Shown piece after piece: positions 23,507 to 36,765 of a stretch of DNA of 64,000 nt. Numbering within the stretch: position 1 is the stretch's first letter; each line of letters opens with the position of its first letter. The notes under the pieces were generated by a model. The model made no database searches. It was not told the DNA's origin and worked only from the letters and a program-made list of their open reading frames with translations. The stretch is from Torpedo marmorata (Eukaryota), in the NCBI GenBank assembly GCA_977017645.1, contig OZ360221.1, forward strand, positions 224,874,001 to 224,938,000. The letters are read 5' to 3'. The translations under genes and the position numbers were made by a program.

Positions 23507-24374
23507 TGTTACGGACCATGACTGACCATTTGGACTGCGGACGGTCAGCAGGAAGGATGAAGTCTTTTGGAGTACACACTGGGGCCAGGTACTGAAAAAG
23601 TTAACTTCCCCAGGACTTGGTGTACCCACAGAGAGAGAGAGAGAGAGCAGAGAGAGACAGACTGTGGAAAAGATACATTGTTGCACTTTTGCAAAAAGCA
23701 GGGGCAGATCTCTGCAAAGCAGACAGCAGTTGTAAGTTGCAAAGGCTACAGGACATAGCCAAATCCAGGCGTGTGCAAAGTCAGAGAAAAGACTGACAAA
23801 ATAGCACATGGCCTCCTGTCTCACAGAAATTCTGAGAAAAAGCAACTTCTGTGGAGAACAGGCGTGAGATCAACGAGACTAGCTGTGAGATTCAAGCATA
23901 CGCCTAAGTCAGTGGTATACTCATCTGGAACTTGCAATCCTTATGAACCTACAAGAAGGGGACGTCATCAGAGAAGAAAACAAGTATTTGTAAGCATAAA
24001 CAGTCATTGTCTCTCTCCAACGTTCATTCAGAAGTACTTCTACCAGACACAGAGTTGAATTGAAGCCTGAACTTAGAGAGTGAATCTTGTGGACTGAATT
24101 ATTCTTTTTTTTTGACTGAATTGTTTTTTATGACTGACCTGGGGTTTTTGGGGAAAGTTTTTCCATTTTTACATAGGGGTTGGGCACAGACTGTAGTGGT
24201 CTGGGCTTTACACACACACACACACACCTTTTAGATAAGAATAGAGTTTATAGACGTTTATAGTGGGGTTAATTGTTGTGAAATTATATGTTTACTTGTG
24301 TTTAATAAATAATAATTTCAATTTTACCCCTTTTGCATTGCGTCTTCTGTCGTTGCTGGTTTGAATTTGTAACA
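23507..24374 (+). repeat. 3' LTR of Gmr1-like copy 1 (868 bp)
   Basis: TGTTAC...GTAACA termini; AATAAA near 24304; homologous to 61019-61918 in reverse. Confidence 0.92.
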
Positions 24375-24399
24375 CTTGTCACATATATTTTGGAAAAAA

Positions 24400-24500
24400 A
24401 GACAGAAAATGCTGAGAAAACGTAGCAAGTGAGAGAGCATTGGTGGAAAGAGAAACAGGATTTAGGTTTCAGATCAAAAACCCTTCATCAGAACTGGAAA
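24400..24500 (-). ncRNA. Penelope-tail remnant with hammerhead ribozyme-like core
   Basis: Minus strand CTGATGA-agggtttttgatct-GAAAC; downstream cleavage triplet degenerate. Confidence 0.4.
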
Positions 24501-24829
24501 AGTGAGAAAATAAATTAATTTTAAATTGCAGAGTGAGGGGCAAATATAACAAAGCAATCAAGGGGATTCCAATATTTATGGATCCTTCGAGGTTATGGGT
24601 TAATGAAAACTACTAGGGAAAAAAAAAGCAAACATAGGAACATGTTAAAGCTGTTAAAATATAGGTCTGAGCTGCTGCTGAAACATAAAATCAAAAGAAA
24701 AATGCTGGGAACACCTCAATGTTTAGGCAGCAAATGTGTGCAGAGGGAAAATTTGGCCATTATTACTGATGGATCACCTTACAGTAGTTCTGATATAAAT
24801 AGAAATAGCAAGTTATCTGCATTGTTGAC

Positions 24830-25950
24830 TCCAAGAAATTAAAATTTGCTCACCCTCTCCACCTCTGATCCCCCAATGATCACTGGATCTATCTCCCTCC
24901 TGTAAGCTGACTCATCACCCCTTTTTATACAACACACTGCCATGGTATCGTCAGAAAATTTGTCGATGGTATTATTGTCGTACCGAGCCACACAGTCATA
25001 GGTATAAAGCAAGTAGAGCAGGAGCTAAGTACGCAGCTCTGTGGTGTAGTTAGATTCAAGATTAAATTTATTGTCATGTAATAAAACAGTGTCATATTAC
25101 ACAAAATTGCTTTTTTCTGCTGTAAGAGAGACAGATTCGCCATCGGCAGAAATTGCCTGAAGCGTCTCTTACAGTCAGAGAAAGAGAAGCAAAAGAGAGT
25201 TCCCCCCAGAGTCACCCAGTGTCTGTAGATTCACCTCCAGCGCTTCCGCAGCCTCCACAGCCACACAGAGTCCAGTCCAAACCATCAGCAACCCGAGCTC
25301 CAGATCCAAACCCTTCAGCGTTCTCGGCACCCTCTCGCATCCTGGTTCCGCATGGTGATGGAGATTGTGGAGGAGATGTTCTTACCAATCCTCACTGATT
25401 CAGGTCTGGAGGGGAGGAAATCCAGTTGCACAGTGGTGTATTGAGGTCTTGGTGTTTGTTGATCAATTTTGTGGGGATGATGGTATTGAATGCCGAACTG
25501 TAGTCAATAAAGAGCATCCTGATGTATGTGTCTTTGCTGTCCAGATGCTCCAGGGTTTTGTGTAGAGCCAGTGAGATGGCATCTGCCATAGACCTGTTGC
25601 TGCATTAGGCAAATTGGAACAGATCCATGTCGCCACTCAAAAGGAGCTGATATGCTTCAACACCAGCCTCTCATAACACTTCATCACTGTGGATATGAGT
25701 GCCACTGGTCGGTAGTCATATAGGCAGGTTACCACACTCTTTTTGGGCACTGGTATGATTAAGGCCTCTTTGGAACAAGTGGGTACCACACCCTGTCAGA
25801 GTGAGATATTAAAGATATCTGTGAATACGTTCACATTTGGTCAGCACAGGTTTTCAGTACTCGGCCAGGTACTCCCTCCGGACTGGATACTTTCCTTGGA
25901 TTCTCTCTCCTGAAGGCAGCATGCACGTCATTCTCGGATATTGACAGTGG
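24830..25950 (-). mobile_element. Rex1/Babar LINE RT fragment, interrupted at about 25050-25350
   Basis: [34 protein letters not shown] (25392-25589); KFSDDT-like motif near 24950. Confidence 0.8.
25050..25350 (-). mobile_element. 5'-truncated copy of the GC-rich non-autonomous retroposon seen at 58579-59428
   Basis: Shares reverse-complement blocks gagttccccccagagtcacc..., ccacacagagtccagt... and the gattcaagatt..tttattgtcat tail. Confidence 0.8.
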
Positions 25951-26402
25951 AGCATCAATAGAGTAGATAAGGTAGGAGTGTAAAATTAATGTGGCACCTT
26001 ACACAACAGCATGCTGGTATTATTGGCATTTTAATTAAAACATTAATATGTTTCTGTTAGCAATTTTGTCAATTCTACAACATCATGGCCATTGTTAATT
26101 TCTTTGGACTGCCAAACATCTTTAAAGGAGAATTTCATTCTACAGCATGTTTCACAATCCCAAACCATGTAAGGAGGTGCTTTTGAAGCAGAATATTGTG
26201 ATGCATGAAAATGCAGTAACCAGCTCCCACAAACAGCAGAAGGATTATGGCTTGTTAATTTGATTCATCAATATTTGTTTTGGAATAGTTATAAAAACAG
26301 TAAGGAGAACTATGCAGCATAATATCAAACAATGCCACAGGATCTTCTCCATCACAGAGGGAAGATCGGACCTCATTTTAACATCAAGGTCATGGGATTT
26401 CT

Positions 26403-27860
26403 ATTCGCAGTGTTCTCCGGTCCTTGGTGCTAAACATGCAGATACACAACCAGACATAACACACATGCAGACAAATAATACATACAGTGTATGCAGGACA
26501 AGTATTTCATCTCTACAAATAAATAAATATTGTTTCATGAATACGAGAGTCTCGGATGGTTAGTGTGAGCAGTTCCTTTGGTCGTTCAGCATTCTCACTG
26601 CCCGTGGGAAGAAGCTGTTCCTCAGCCTGGTGGTGCTTGCTGGCTCTGATACTCCTGTATCTCTTCCCCGACGGGAGCAGCTGAAAGATGCTGTGTGTAG
26701 AGTGGAAGGTGTCCTCAATGATTTTCCGCGCCCTCTTCAGACAACAATCCTGGTAGATCACGTCGATGGGGGAGGGGGGGTGGGTGGGAGGGAGACTCCA
26801 GTGATCCTCTCTGCTCCGATCCATTTCTCTGCAGCAACCGTTCCACACTGTGATGCAGCCGGCCAGGACGCTCTTGATACAGATCCTATAGAAGGGTGAC
26901 ATAATGGTGGGCGGTAGCCTTGCCCGCTTCAGTCTTCTCAGGAAGTGCAGTCGCTGTTGCACCTTCCTGACAAGTGAGGAGATGTTGAATGTTCACAATA
27001 GGTCACTAGTTTAGTGAACTCCAAGGAACTTGGTGCTCTCTACTCTCCCAACTACAGATTTGTTGATGTGTAGTGGAGGGCGGTCATTCCTGACCTCCTG
27101 AAGTCCACGATCATCTCCTTCGACTTGTCCACGTTGAGACTCAGGTTGTTACTCTCGCACTATTTCACGAGATTTTCCACCTCTTCTCTGTAGTGCAACT
27201 CATCGTTATTGCTGATGAGGCCAACTACTGTTGTGTCATCTGCAAACTTGATGACACTGTGGGAGCTGGATCTGGCGATGCAGTCATGGGTCAGTAGTGT
27301 GAACAGGAGTGGGCTGAGCACACATCCCTCAGGTGTGCCAGTGCTCAGCGTGACGGTGCTCGACGTTCTGCTACCGACCTGGACAGACTGGTCGTTCCGT
27401 TAGGAAGTCCAGGATCCAGTACAGACACCCCTTTTACACACCGATCCCATTTAATTGGTGTGTGAACGACCCGTGTTTAAAGCCAGCTCGGGTCGTTCAA
27501 ACTGAACCAAGAAAAGCTGGTTCAGTGCGACCTTTTACATAGGAACCCGGCAAAAGGAGGTGGGACCTGCAGCATTACAGCGTCGGCGTCCCAGGAAGGC
27601 GGGTAAGCCTTTTACACAGGAGCTGATGCGAAACGCATCGGCTCTGATACTACCTACCTTGGTGGGTAATTACTGGGATGAAAATGACCCCCCATCCTGC
27701 ATTCGTCGCATTCACACAGGTACGTGAAGCGGTTAAAAGGTGGTTAATTCCCGTCTTTTAAGGGCAGTGTAAAAGGGCCAAGAGAGGGGTGTTAAGACCC
27801 AGCGAGGACAGCTTCTCCACCAGCCTCTGGGGAATGATCGTATTAAATGCCGAGCTGAAA
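26403..27860 (-). mobile_element. Rex1/Babar LINE 3' part, interrupted by a MITE
   Basis: QQRLHFLRRLKRA...FQLLPSGKRYRSI (26513-26962); KFADDTTVVGLI; [14 protein letters not shown]. Confidence 0.85.
27426..27780. mobile_element. PIF/Harbinger-like MITE
   Basis: Imperfect TIRs ..CCCTTTTACAC / GTGTAAAAGGG..; 3-bp TSD AGA; internal CCTTTTACA repeats; cleanly splits the Rex RT. Confidence 0.7.
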
Positions 27861-29030
27861 TCAGAATCAGAATTTATTGTCATGAACAAGTCACGAAATT
27901 CGTTGTTTTGCAGCAGCATCATAGTGCAATTAACATTCATATAAACCACCTTACAAAAATAAATAAAAATAATGCATGAACAGTCAAAGTAAGGCAGTGT
28001 CTTTGGTTCATTGATCATTCAGGAATCTGATGGCAGCAGGGAAGAATCTGTCCGTGTGCCGTTGAGTGCTCGTCTTTTGGCTCCTGTACCTTTTTTCTGA
28101 TGGTAGCAGAGTGAAGAGGGCATGGCCTGGGTGGTGGGGGTCTTTGAGGATGGAGGTTGCTTTCTTAAGACACCGCCTCATGTAGATGTCCTCGATGGAG
28201 TGAAGTCTGGTACCCGTGATGTCACAGGCCGAGTTAACAATCTTCTGGAGTTTTTTCTTGTCCTGAGCGTTGACAGCTCCATACCAGACAGTGATGCAAC
28301 CAGCCAGAATGCTCTCCACAGTACACCTGCAGAAGTTTTCGAGAGTCTTCGGTGACATACTGAATCTCCTCAAACACTTCACAAAGTATAGCCGCTGGTG
28401 AGCCTTCTTCATGATTGCATCGACATGGAGGCTCCAGGACAGATCCTCTGAGATGTTGACACCCAGGAATTTGAAGTTCTTGACCCTCTCCATTACTGAG
28501 CCCTCGATGAGGACTGGTTCGTGTTCTCCTGATTTACTCCTGAAGTCCACAATCATCTCCTTGGTTTTGCTAAGGTTGAGCGCAAGGTTGTTGGTGTGAC
28601 ATCACTCAACGAGCTGATCTATCTCCCTCCTGTACACTTCCTCATTGCCGTTTGAGATTCTGCCGACAAATGTGGTGTCATCGGCAAATTTTTAGATAGC
28701 ATTGGAATTGTGCCTGAACTGTGGAACAGTTTCTTTTATAGGCGAATTGAAATGGGTCCAGTGCCTCTGGGAGGTGTGTTTTGATGTATTCCATCACCAG
28801 ACGCTCGAAGCATTTCATAATGGTAGAGGTCAGTGCCACAGGGTGATAGTCATTGAGGCTTGTTATTGTCGCTCTTGGGTACTGAGATGATGGTGGCTGC
28901 AGGACCGATGGACTGCTGCAGTGAGGTGTTGAAGATGTCCGTGAAAACCTCCGTCAATTGGTCTGCACTGTCCTTCAGTACCCGACTAGGTATATTGTCT
29001 GGTCCCGCCGCCTTGTGTGACAGTACTGTA
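27859..29030 (-). mobile_element. Second Rex1/Babar LINE 3' part, with internal deletion
   Basis: Tail aatcagaatcagaatttattgtc; ORF 28008-28556 MIVDFR..FKFLGVNISEDLSW..TLLPSEKRYRS; KAAGPDNIP. Confidence 0.88.
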
Positions 29031-29667
29031 GAGGCAGCCAACTACACACTGGAGTGGGTCTGTAAGCCACGACTTTGCCTTGGATGCAAGTGTACCACCC
29101 ACTGAGCCACAGCTGCCATTTTTGACCCTGAAGCTTAAAGAGGTGGGTCTGTGTGGCAGATGTTTCCTTTGTATGCTGGAGGACAAGGATCTGATCCCTT
29201 GAGATGTATGAATGGGATATTTATAACTAATAGAGCGCACCTTGCGTCATTGTGGGAGTACGGTCACCACGTATGCTACAGTAGTTCTGGACCATTAGCT
29301 TTTTGGAGACAATTAATCCTGTGAAAAATTAAAAATGTTTTTGTATTGGGATGTTTTTGACTGGGGAAATTACAGGTCTTTTAAAGACCAATGGATCCTC
29401 TATATTTTGAACATTGCTAAAACACCAAGAGAAACATTGTTTATTCTGGGTGCTTAAATTCCTGCCAGCAATGTTTAAATAATTGTTCTGACAAAGGCCA
29501 TGCTAAAGTTTGGATTAATATGATGTTATCCTATTATTTATAAAGTAAATAGAGTATTTCAAGAAATTAACATAAGGGGTTTAAAATATAAAGTATAATT
29601 TCTAAGGAGAAATCAGACAAAACATTGAAGAAAAAAATATCGTAAGGAATATTCTGTTTTGATTTTC

Positions 29668-29921
29668 TAGAGACAGAAAGGGAGAGGGGGAGATGGTCGG
29701 GGGGAGACGATCGGGGGGGACGGGAGGGGGGACGGGGAGAGAGAGACACACACAGAGGGAGGGAGAGAGAGACGGAGAGAGAGGTGGAGGGAGGGAGAGA
29801 GGCGGAAGGAGAGAGAGGCAGGGAGAGAAAGAGGGACGGAGAGCGGGAGAGAGACGGAGAGAGAGCAGGAGAGAGGGAGAGACGGAGAGAGAGAAGGAGA
29901 GAGAGAGATGGAGAGAGAGAG
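29668..29921. repeat. Polypurine (GA-rich) low-complexity tract
   Basis: About 250 bp of GAGA/GGGA/GACGGA repeats. Confidence 0.9.
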
Positions 29922-30279
29922 GTCTAAGTTAACACTGGATTTAGTTCACCTACATTCTGAAAGGCTTCAATAAGGTAGCACACATGAGATGGGAAAATAC
30001 TTCAGAAGAGGACTAGAAGCAGAATTAAGACTCAAAACAATGAGTGGATATAAAGGAATGTTCAGCGATAGATGGTGGGAGGTGGATCGTGGCTGGGGCC
30101 ATTTTTGTTCTCAATTGTTTTGTACTTTAAATCACCATTTCTAATTTAATATGGGGACGCAGGAGTGAAAGGTTGTTGAAAAATGAGGTAGTTGACATTA
30201 AAGAAAATTATTGAAAATTACAACAAGCCTGATAAGCAGATTATTGGCAGCATATTGGGATACTGGATAGGCATGATAC

Positions 30280-30560
30280 GACAACTGGAAGGCACACTTG
30301 GATTGTTTTCACTGGAAAATCAGAGGCCGAGGGCCATCCGGATCGATGTATGTCAGGATGACCCTCTGAATACAGTAATAGATATGGTAGAAAGGCAGAT
30401 TCTTTCCCAGGGTAGAAATATCAAATAATAGAGGGCATAGCATCAAGGGAAAAAGTTTAAAGGAAATTTAGGAGGGAAGTTTTCTACACAGTAGTAGATG
30501 CCTGGCACAGATATTGTGGGCCGTAGGGCCTGTTCCGTACTGTAATGTTCTATGAAAGAA
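30280..30560 (+). mobile_element. CR1 3' end fragment
   Basis: LGLFSLE..R.R motif; gggaagtttttctacacag; gggcctgttccgtactgtaatgttctatg tail. Confidence 0.65.
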
Positions 30561-32578
30561 CAAATTGACTGAGGCTCTACAAAAAACACAAGGTTGATGA
30601 CTGATGAAATCGGTGTTTTTAAAGTGATTAAGATTATTCCTACATTTGGAGTAGATGCCATTAATACCTGATATTCACCTAAAAATTAAATAGGGAATAT
30701 AAATGGAACTCTCTTGCCCAGAGAGTGCCATGGGCAGTTGCTAAGACAATTAATATTGACAGGTTTAAATACAACTGAGTTGAGTTTGATGAGGGAGGAT
30801 GAGAGAGACTTGAGTGAAGCAAAGTTACCTGCATGAATATTTTGGGCCGAAAGCCCAGTTTTTATGCTTTGTTTACCATTAATGATGAGAAATTACACAT
30901 CCTTTTTATTCTACACTGTTCCACAATTTTGATGCAGCAATAAAGAAAGCAGAAGTGGTAAGGTCTTCAATGTAGCCTGCAATACTATACCATTTATTTG
31001 CAGATGAATAATAAAAAATAAGTCTTTGCCATGCATTGGTAATGATCATTCATTTTGAGGAGACTCCTGCAAAGATACTGTTGATTAATCTGAACTGGAA
31101 ATTCTACTCTTTGCTGTTATTGGCCTGTAAATGCACAATGATAAGAATTGGTACAGAAATAAATTCTACTGCCTTGCTGTTCCCCAGCTTTGACACCTAT
31201 ATATGTTTAACAGCTTCAAATTAATTCTGTTTTTGTGAAATTTGTGCAATTGTTAATTGTTTCATTATGTTGGTTCTAAGTTAAAAACAACCATCGCTAT
31301 GGAAATAAATTGAATTTTTCGTAGTGGAGTTGACTGTCCTTAATTGGCATTGAATTCAAAGAAGTCTCTTGGGTCCTGTACATTATCTCAATCTACAGCA
31401 GCCCTGTACATATTTTTGAAAGCTAAATGTGCCCTAATACATGATATATAATTGCATCAGATTAAATATTTGATCCTACCCACGTATTTATTTATTTCAA
31501 AATACTCAACATGAAAAGCCCTTTTGCTATTTAGGAAATATAAGATTTTAGGATATCCAGTTTTTGCCTGATTTTTCTCCCTTTCCCATGTTCTCAGGGC
31601 TCAAGTACTAGTGTGATGAGGTCTCATGGGGGCCAGCTAATCTTTGGCAGGGTTCAACTTGGCGTTCATTGCGAGTCTCAAGAGTAAATGCTCATAGGTC
31701 ATTGAAACATGACCAAACCTAATGTCTTTACTAATGCCCTTGCATCCTGCATTTTAAAATGCGATCGAGAGACCAATTTTAGTTCAAGTGCACTCACTTT
31801 TTTTAGATGAGCTGAGATGCCTGGCAAAAGGCCTAAACTTTTATCTCTGAATAGCTGAGTAGCTTCCTCTTAACTATCAAGTCAGGGGAAGGATTGTGGT
31901 AAAAATTCATCGTGGATGGTGATACAAAATGGCAGTATTGGATTGGCTGCCTGTTACATGCAGCACCTGATTTTGAATTCAGTTGAATGCAAGGAATTGT
32001 ACACAAGGTGCCCAGTTTAATGGGTAGCCAATCTGATGCTGCCTGTTTCGATCACTTGCAATGCATTTTTACTTTATTGGCAGTGCAGTGGTTACGATAT
32101 TATACTAACTATCCTTGGGTCTGGACTTGGCTGTTCAGTCAAGATGATGCATTGCTGTTGAAGGACATCAGGGATTTCTTTGGACTGACGCCTGACGTGA
32201 ACCAGTATTAGAAAAAGGAGACTCTGTGTCCCAGAAATCTGTTGCATTTTGGGAACCAGCGCAGTGGAGAGGCCGTTGCTTCATTGACCACAAATGTTAA
32301 ACCAAAGTTCTGTTTTCTCTTTAATTGTGATAAATGGGTCAGAGAACAAAATTGTATGAAGGATCTCTTTGCTCTGTTCAGGATCAGAAGTGACTTATTT
32401 TTTTGCACCATTTGCAAAGTTAGAAGAGAAACTTTTACATTTGGCAAATTTAGGAAAATATTATTTCAATAAATAACTAAATAAATTAACACGTACCTAA
32501 GCAAAGATCTGGACTCACTACAATTCGCCTTTCGTCACAATCACTCCACAGCAGATGCAATATCGCTGGCTCTCCACA

Positions 32579-32773
32579 CACAGACACGAAGAAAGTGATC
32601 AAAGGCTTTATTGATCAGAAAGTTCGAGCATGCCTCTACATGCTGCTGGCTCACTTCCAAGGCAGGTATAGGGGAGGAGACTGGGGCTCTCAGCCTTTAT
32701 TAGGGGATGTAATGGGGAGGGGCAACAGGTTAGCCCGGTGAGCCAGTGAGGACATGTCCGCAGTACCACCACA
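32579..32773 (-). repeat. 3' LTR (outer about 22 bp deleted)
   Basis: Near-identical to 36788-37007; starts TGTGGTGG on minus immediately after the PPT. Confidence 0.9.
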
Positions 32774-32974
32774 TTCACCCCTCCTTTTTTTTTAATAAAG
32801 TCCGGCGGGGTGAAGCGCAGCAATGACAATACAGTTGATAGTCTCATAGGTTCAGCCGCTCCGGTGGTTTTCTTTCGCGCTGAGATCTCCGAAGTACTGG
32901 CTGTATTTTCGGTTCAAGCTGAGCGGTGTCGTGAACTGTTTCTGTGTGTCCCGGGTCCAAAGGGGGTGGTGAAT

Positions 32975-35703
32975 TTATTGGTAAGAGTGGGGGGGACACA
33001 CAAGTGAAGGGAAACAATCGGGGGGCCGTCTTGGGGGTGGGATCCCCATTTCATTTGTCAGGGTGATCCCTGGGGCCGACTGGTCGCTGCCTGGGGATAT
33101 CGGGTGCACCTCCCGTGCCGGGGCCCCCGCTCGCGCCAGATCCCGGATAGACACTGTATCGTCCCGTCCATCCGGGTACCTTACCAGCGCATACTGGGGT
33201 TTGGCATGCAGGAGGTGCACTTCCTCGACCAGTGGGTCCACCTTATGAGTCCTAACGTGCTTCCGAAGAAGTACCGGCCCTGGGGTCATCAGCCAGACTG
33301 GCAGCGTGGTTCCCGACGCCGATCTCCTAGGGAAGGAGAACAATTTTTCTTGGGATGTAGCATTGGTGGTCGTGCAGAGTAGGGACCTGGTAGCATGCAG
33401 CTCATCAGGGAGGACCTCTTGCCACTGGGATACATACGGGCATCCCTTTCGACTTGAGGGCCAAAAGGATTGCCCTCCAGATCGTACCATTCTCCCTTTC
33501 TACCTGCCCTTTCCCGCGGGGGTTGTAGCTGGTGGTTCTGCTCATAGCTATGCACCTTGAAAGGAAGTATTTCCGCAACTCCTCACTCATGAAAGCAGAT
33601 CCCCAGTCACTATGAACGTAACTAGAGTATCCGAACAGAGTCAATACTGAGCGGAGTGCTTTAATGACCATGGATGTGGTCATATCCGGGCAGGGGATGG
33701 CGAATGGGAAACGTGAGTACTCGTCCCCGATGTTCAGGAAGTAGGGGTTCCGATTCGTGGACGGGAGGGGCCCCTTGAAGTCAATGCTGAGACGTTCAAA
33801 AGGGCGAGTGGCTTTGATTAGTTGGGCTCTATCCGGTCTATAAAATTGAGGCTTGCATTCGGCACAGACCTGGCAATTGCGAGTCAGCTCCCTTACTTCC
33901 TCCACTGAGTAGGGAAGGTTCCGGGCTCTCACAAAATGGTAGAGCCTAGTGACCCCGGGATGGCAGAGACTATCGTGGAGGGCCTGGAGGCGATCAACTT
34001 GCACCCTGGCGCAGGTTCCCCTGGACAGGGCATCGGGTGGCTCATTGAGCTTACCCGGCCGGTACCATATTTCATAATTGTAGGTGGACAGCTCAATTCT
34101 CCACCTCATGATTTTGTAATTTTTGATCTTACCCCGCTGTTTATTGTTAAACATGAACGCGACGGCTCTCTGATCCGTCAGCAGGGTGAATGATCTGCCG
34201 GCCAAGTAGTGCCTCCAGTGACACACTGCCTCCACTCTAGCCTGTGCCTCCTTCTCGATGGCGGAGTGCCTGCGTTCGGGGCCTTGGAGGGTACGGGAAA
34301 AAATGCGACTGGCCTGCCTGCTTGGTTCAGCGTGGCGGCCAGGGCGAAGTCAGAGGCATCACTTTCCACATGGAAAGAGACGGATTCATCAATGGCGTGC
34401 ATTCCCGCCTTGGCAATCTCGCCTCTGATGCCCTCGAAAGCCTTACGGGCCTCCGCCGACGGTGGAAAAGTCGTGCTTCTCACTAGAGGTTGGGCCTTGT
34501 CCGCATAGTTAGGGATCTACTGGGCATAATAGGAGAAGAGCCCCAGGCACCTTTTTAAAGTCTTGGGGTTCTGTGGCAAGGGTAATTCCAGTAGGGGGCG
34601 CATACGCTTGGGGTCAGTGGCAATAGCCCCATGCTCCACCACGTACCCCAGGATTGCCAGCCTTTTGGTTCTAAAGACACACTTTTTCTCATTATACGTG
34701 AGATTGAGTGCCTTTGCGGTGGCCAGGAACCTCTGAAGGTTCTCGTCATGTTCCTTTTGGTCATGGCCGCAGATGGTGACATTGTCCAAGTATGGAAACG
34801 GAGCCTTCAGCTTATTGTCATCCACCATGCGGTCCATTTACCTTAAGAACACTGACACCCCATTCGTGAGACCGAATGGTAGAGTCGGCCGTTGGCCTCA
34901 AATGACGTGTACAGCCGGTCTTTTGGGTGAATCGGGATCTGGTGGTACGCCGCTTTTAGGTCTATGGTCGAAAAGACCCTGTACTTGGCGATCTCATTTA
35001 CCATCTCCGATATGCAGGGCAAAGGGTAGGCGTCCAGTAAGGTGAACCGGTTGATGGTGTGACTGTAGTCAATTACCATCTGATGTTTCTCCCCACGCTT
35101 CACCACAACCACTTGCGCCCTCAAGGGACTATTGCTTGGCTCTATAATGCCCTCCTCCCGCAGCCGCTCCACTTCCGTTTTAATGAATTTTCTGTCCCCG
35201 GGGCTGTATCGCCTGCTCTTAGTAGCAATGGGTTTACAGTCCGGGGTGAGGTTTTGGAACAGCGGGAGCGGAGGGACCCGGAAGGTGGTTAGTCCACAGG
35301 TCGGGTACCCAGCCCGGCTTTCAATCGTGTGATTGGGCCTCCTCTGGGTAATGGGCGGGGACTGGTTATTAGTGACGGTGAGTGGGGGGTGGGGCCCGTC
35401 AAACTGCATCAGCACCTTTTTGAACTGGCACTGGAAATCTAGCCCCAATATGACGGGTGCATAGAGGTGGGGCATTACCAGCAGTTTAAAATTCTTATAA
35501 TTGGTGCCCCCCACAGTTAGGGTCACGGTGCAGCTTCCGCGGATTTCGACGGAGAGGGATTTGGAGGCTAATGCTACCTTTCCCTTGGCTGGGGACACAG
35601 TCAAGGAATAATGCTCAGCAGTGCCCGGGTGTATGAAGCTCTCAGTGCTTCCCGTGTCGAACATGCAGCCAGTGGAGTGACCGTTTACCTCAACGTCCAT
35701 CAT
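32975..35703 (-). pseudogene. Gypsy pol (protease, RT, RNase H, integrase) with several frameshifts and stops
   Basis: MFDTGSTESF; KPIATKSRRYS, DAYPLP, IDLKAAYHQI, PYLDNVTI; VESDASD, TDQRAV, DALSR; HDSLCHPG..CQVC, IDFKGPLP, GQVERENG. Confidence 0.92.
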
Positions 35704-35706
35704 CGA

Positions 35707-36739
35707 TCACCCCAGCTGGTGTGATCTCCCTTGGTCCAGCATGATGGACGCCAGCGTCAGCTCACTGTCCGAGTCGCTGCTGCTGTTTCGGGGTGGCTGC
35801 CACCAAGGTGGCCGCAAGGGAGGTCGTGAAGATGGCCGCCCCCATGGATCGCATGAAGTTGAGTCCGGAGAAGAAGCAGGAAGTGACGTCAGTCCTCTTT
35901 GTTGCGCCCCTGTTCCGGAAGCTCTGTTTTCGGCAGCCGGAAATGACGGCGGAAGTGGGTGGGTCCAAGATGGCGAGGTGAGTCGCGGTCCGCACGCGGT
36001 ACTGCTGGAGTGGGGCTTGGAGCGACAAACCCTGGCATAATGTCCCTTCCTCTGGCAGTTTGAGCAGGTTGAGCTACGAGCCGGACAGTACTTCTGCAGG
36101 TGTCTACTTTGGCCGCAGTAATGGCACCTCGCATGGTCGGTGGTGGCCGCTGCAGTCAGGGGCGTCGAGTCCCAAGATGGCACCACCCGTTCTCCCCACC
36201 TGGTGGCCGCGTGGCCCGCTGAGTAGGCCTCCGCGTTCTTTTGGGCCGTCTCCATCGCTCGGGTCATCTGCACCACTACCTGGAGGGACCGATCTCCTTC
36301 CTCCAGGAGTCGCTCCCTTATGTGCTGGGAGCGGAAACCCATCGCGGATGAGCTCCTCTTGGTAGAGCGCCGCGCTCACGTCCCTGCACCCACAGGCTCA
36401 TCCCAGCTCCCGCATGGCCCTCACAAACTCGTCTACTGACTCACCTGGACCCTGGTGTCGGGAGCCCAGCTGGAAGCGTGCGTACATGGCGTTGGCCGGG
36501 ACTCCGTATCGTTGTCGAAGTAGAGCCATTGCCTCTTCATATTCGGTGCAGTATCGTATAATTTGGTACATTCTGTGGCCCACCGCTGCGAAGAGCAGAT
36601 CATACTTATCCGGGTCGGTTGTGATATCGTGGTGCCTCAGATAGGCCTTCAAGCAGTGTAGCCACATATCGAACTTTACGGAGGCCTCTGGTTCCTTGGG
36701 GTCGGTCTCCAGCTTCTCCAGTCTAATTCCCTTCTCCAT
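35707..36739 (-). pseudogene. Gypsy gag with two CCHC knuckles, frameshifted
   Basis: ATG at 36739 MEKGIRLEKL...; RHQGPGESVDEFV; CHYCGQSRH...C and CSNCQRKGHYARVC. Confidence 0.85.
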
Positions 36740-36765
36740 GGCACGTAAAATTCTGATCAATAAAT

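Larger units (their letters stand above)
18641..24374 (+). mobile_element. Gmr1-like Ty3/gypsy LTR retrotransposon lacking its 5' LTR
   Basis: Remnant tRNA-Pro-like PBS at 18641-18661; domain order gag-PR-INT-RT-RH; PPT-like tgtgggtgggagg before the 3' LTR. Confidence 0.92.

Noticed and set aside
29693-29932. Arg/Glu/Gly-rich ORF
   Set aside because: Translation of a GA microsatellite
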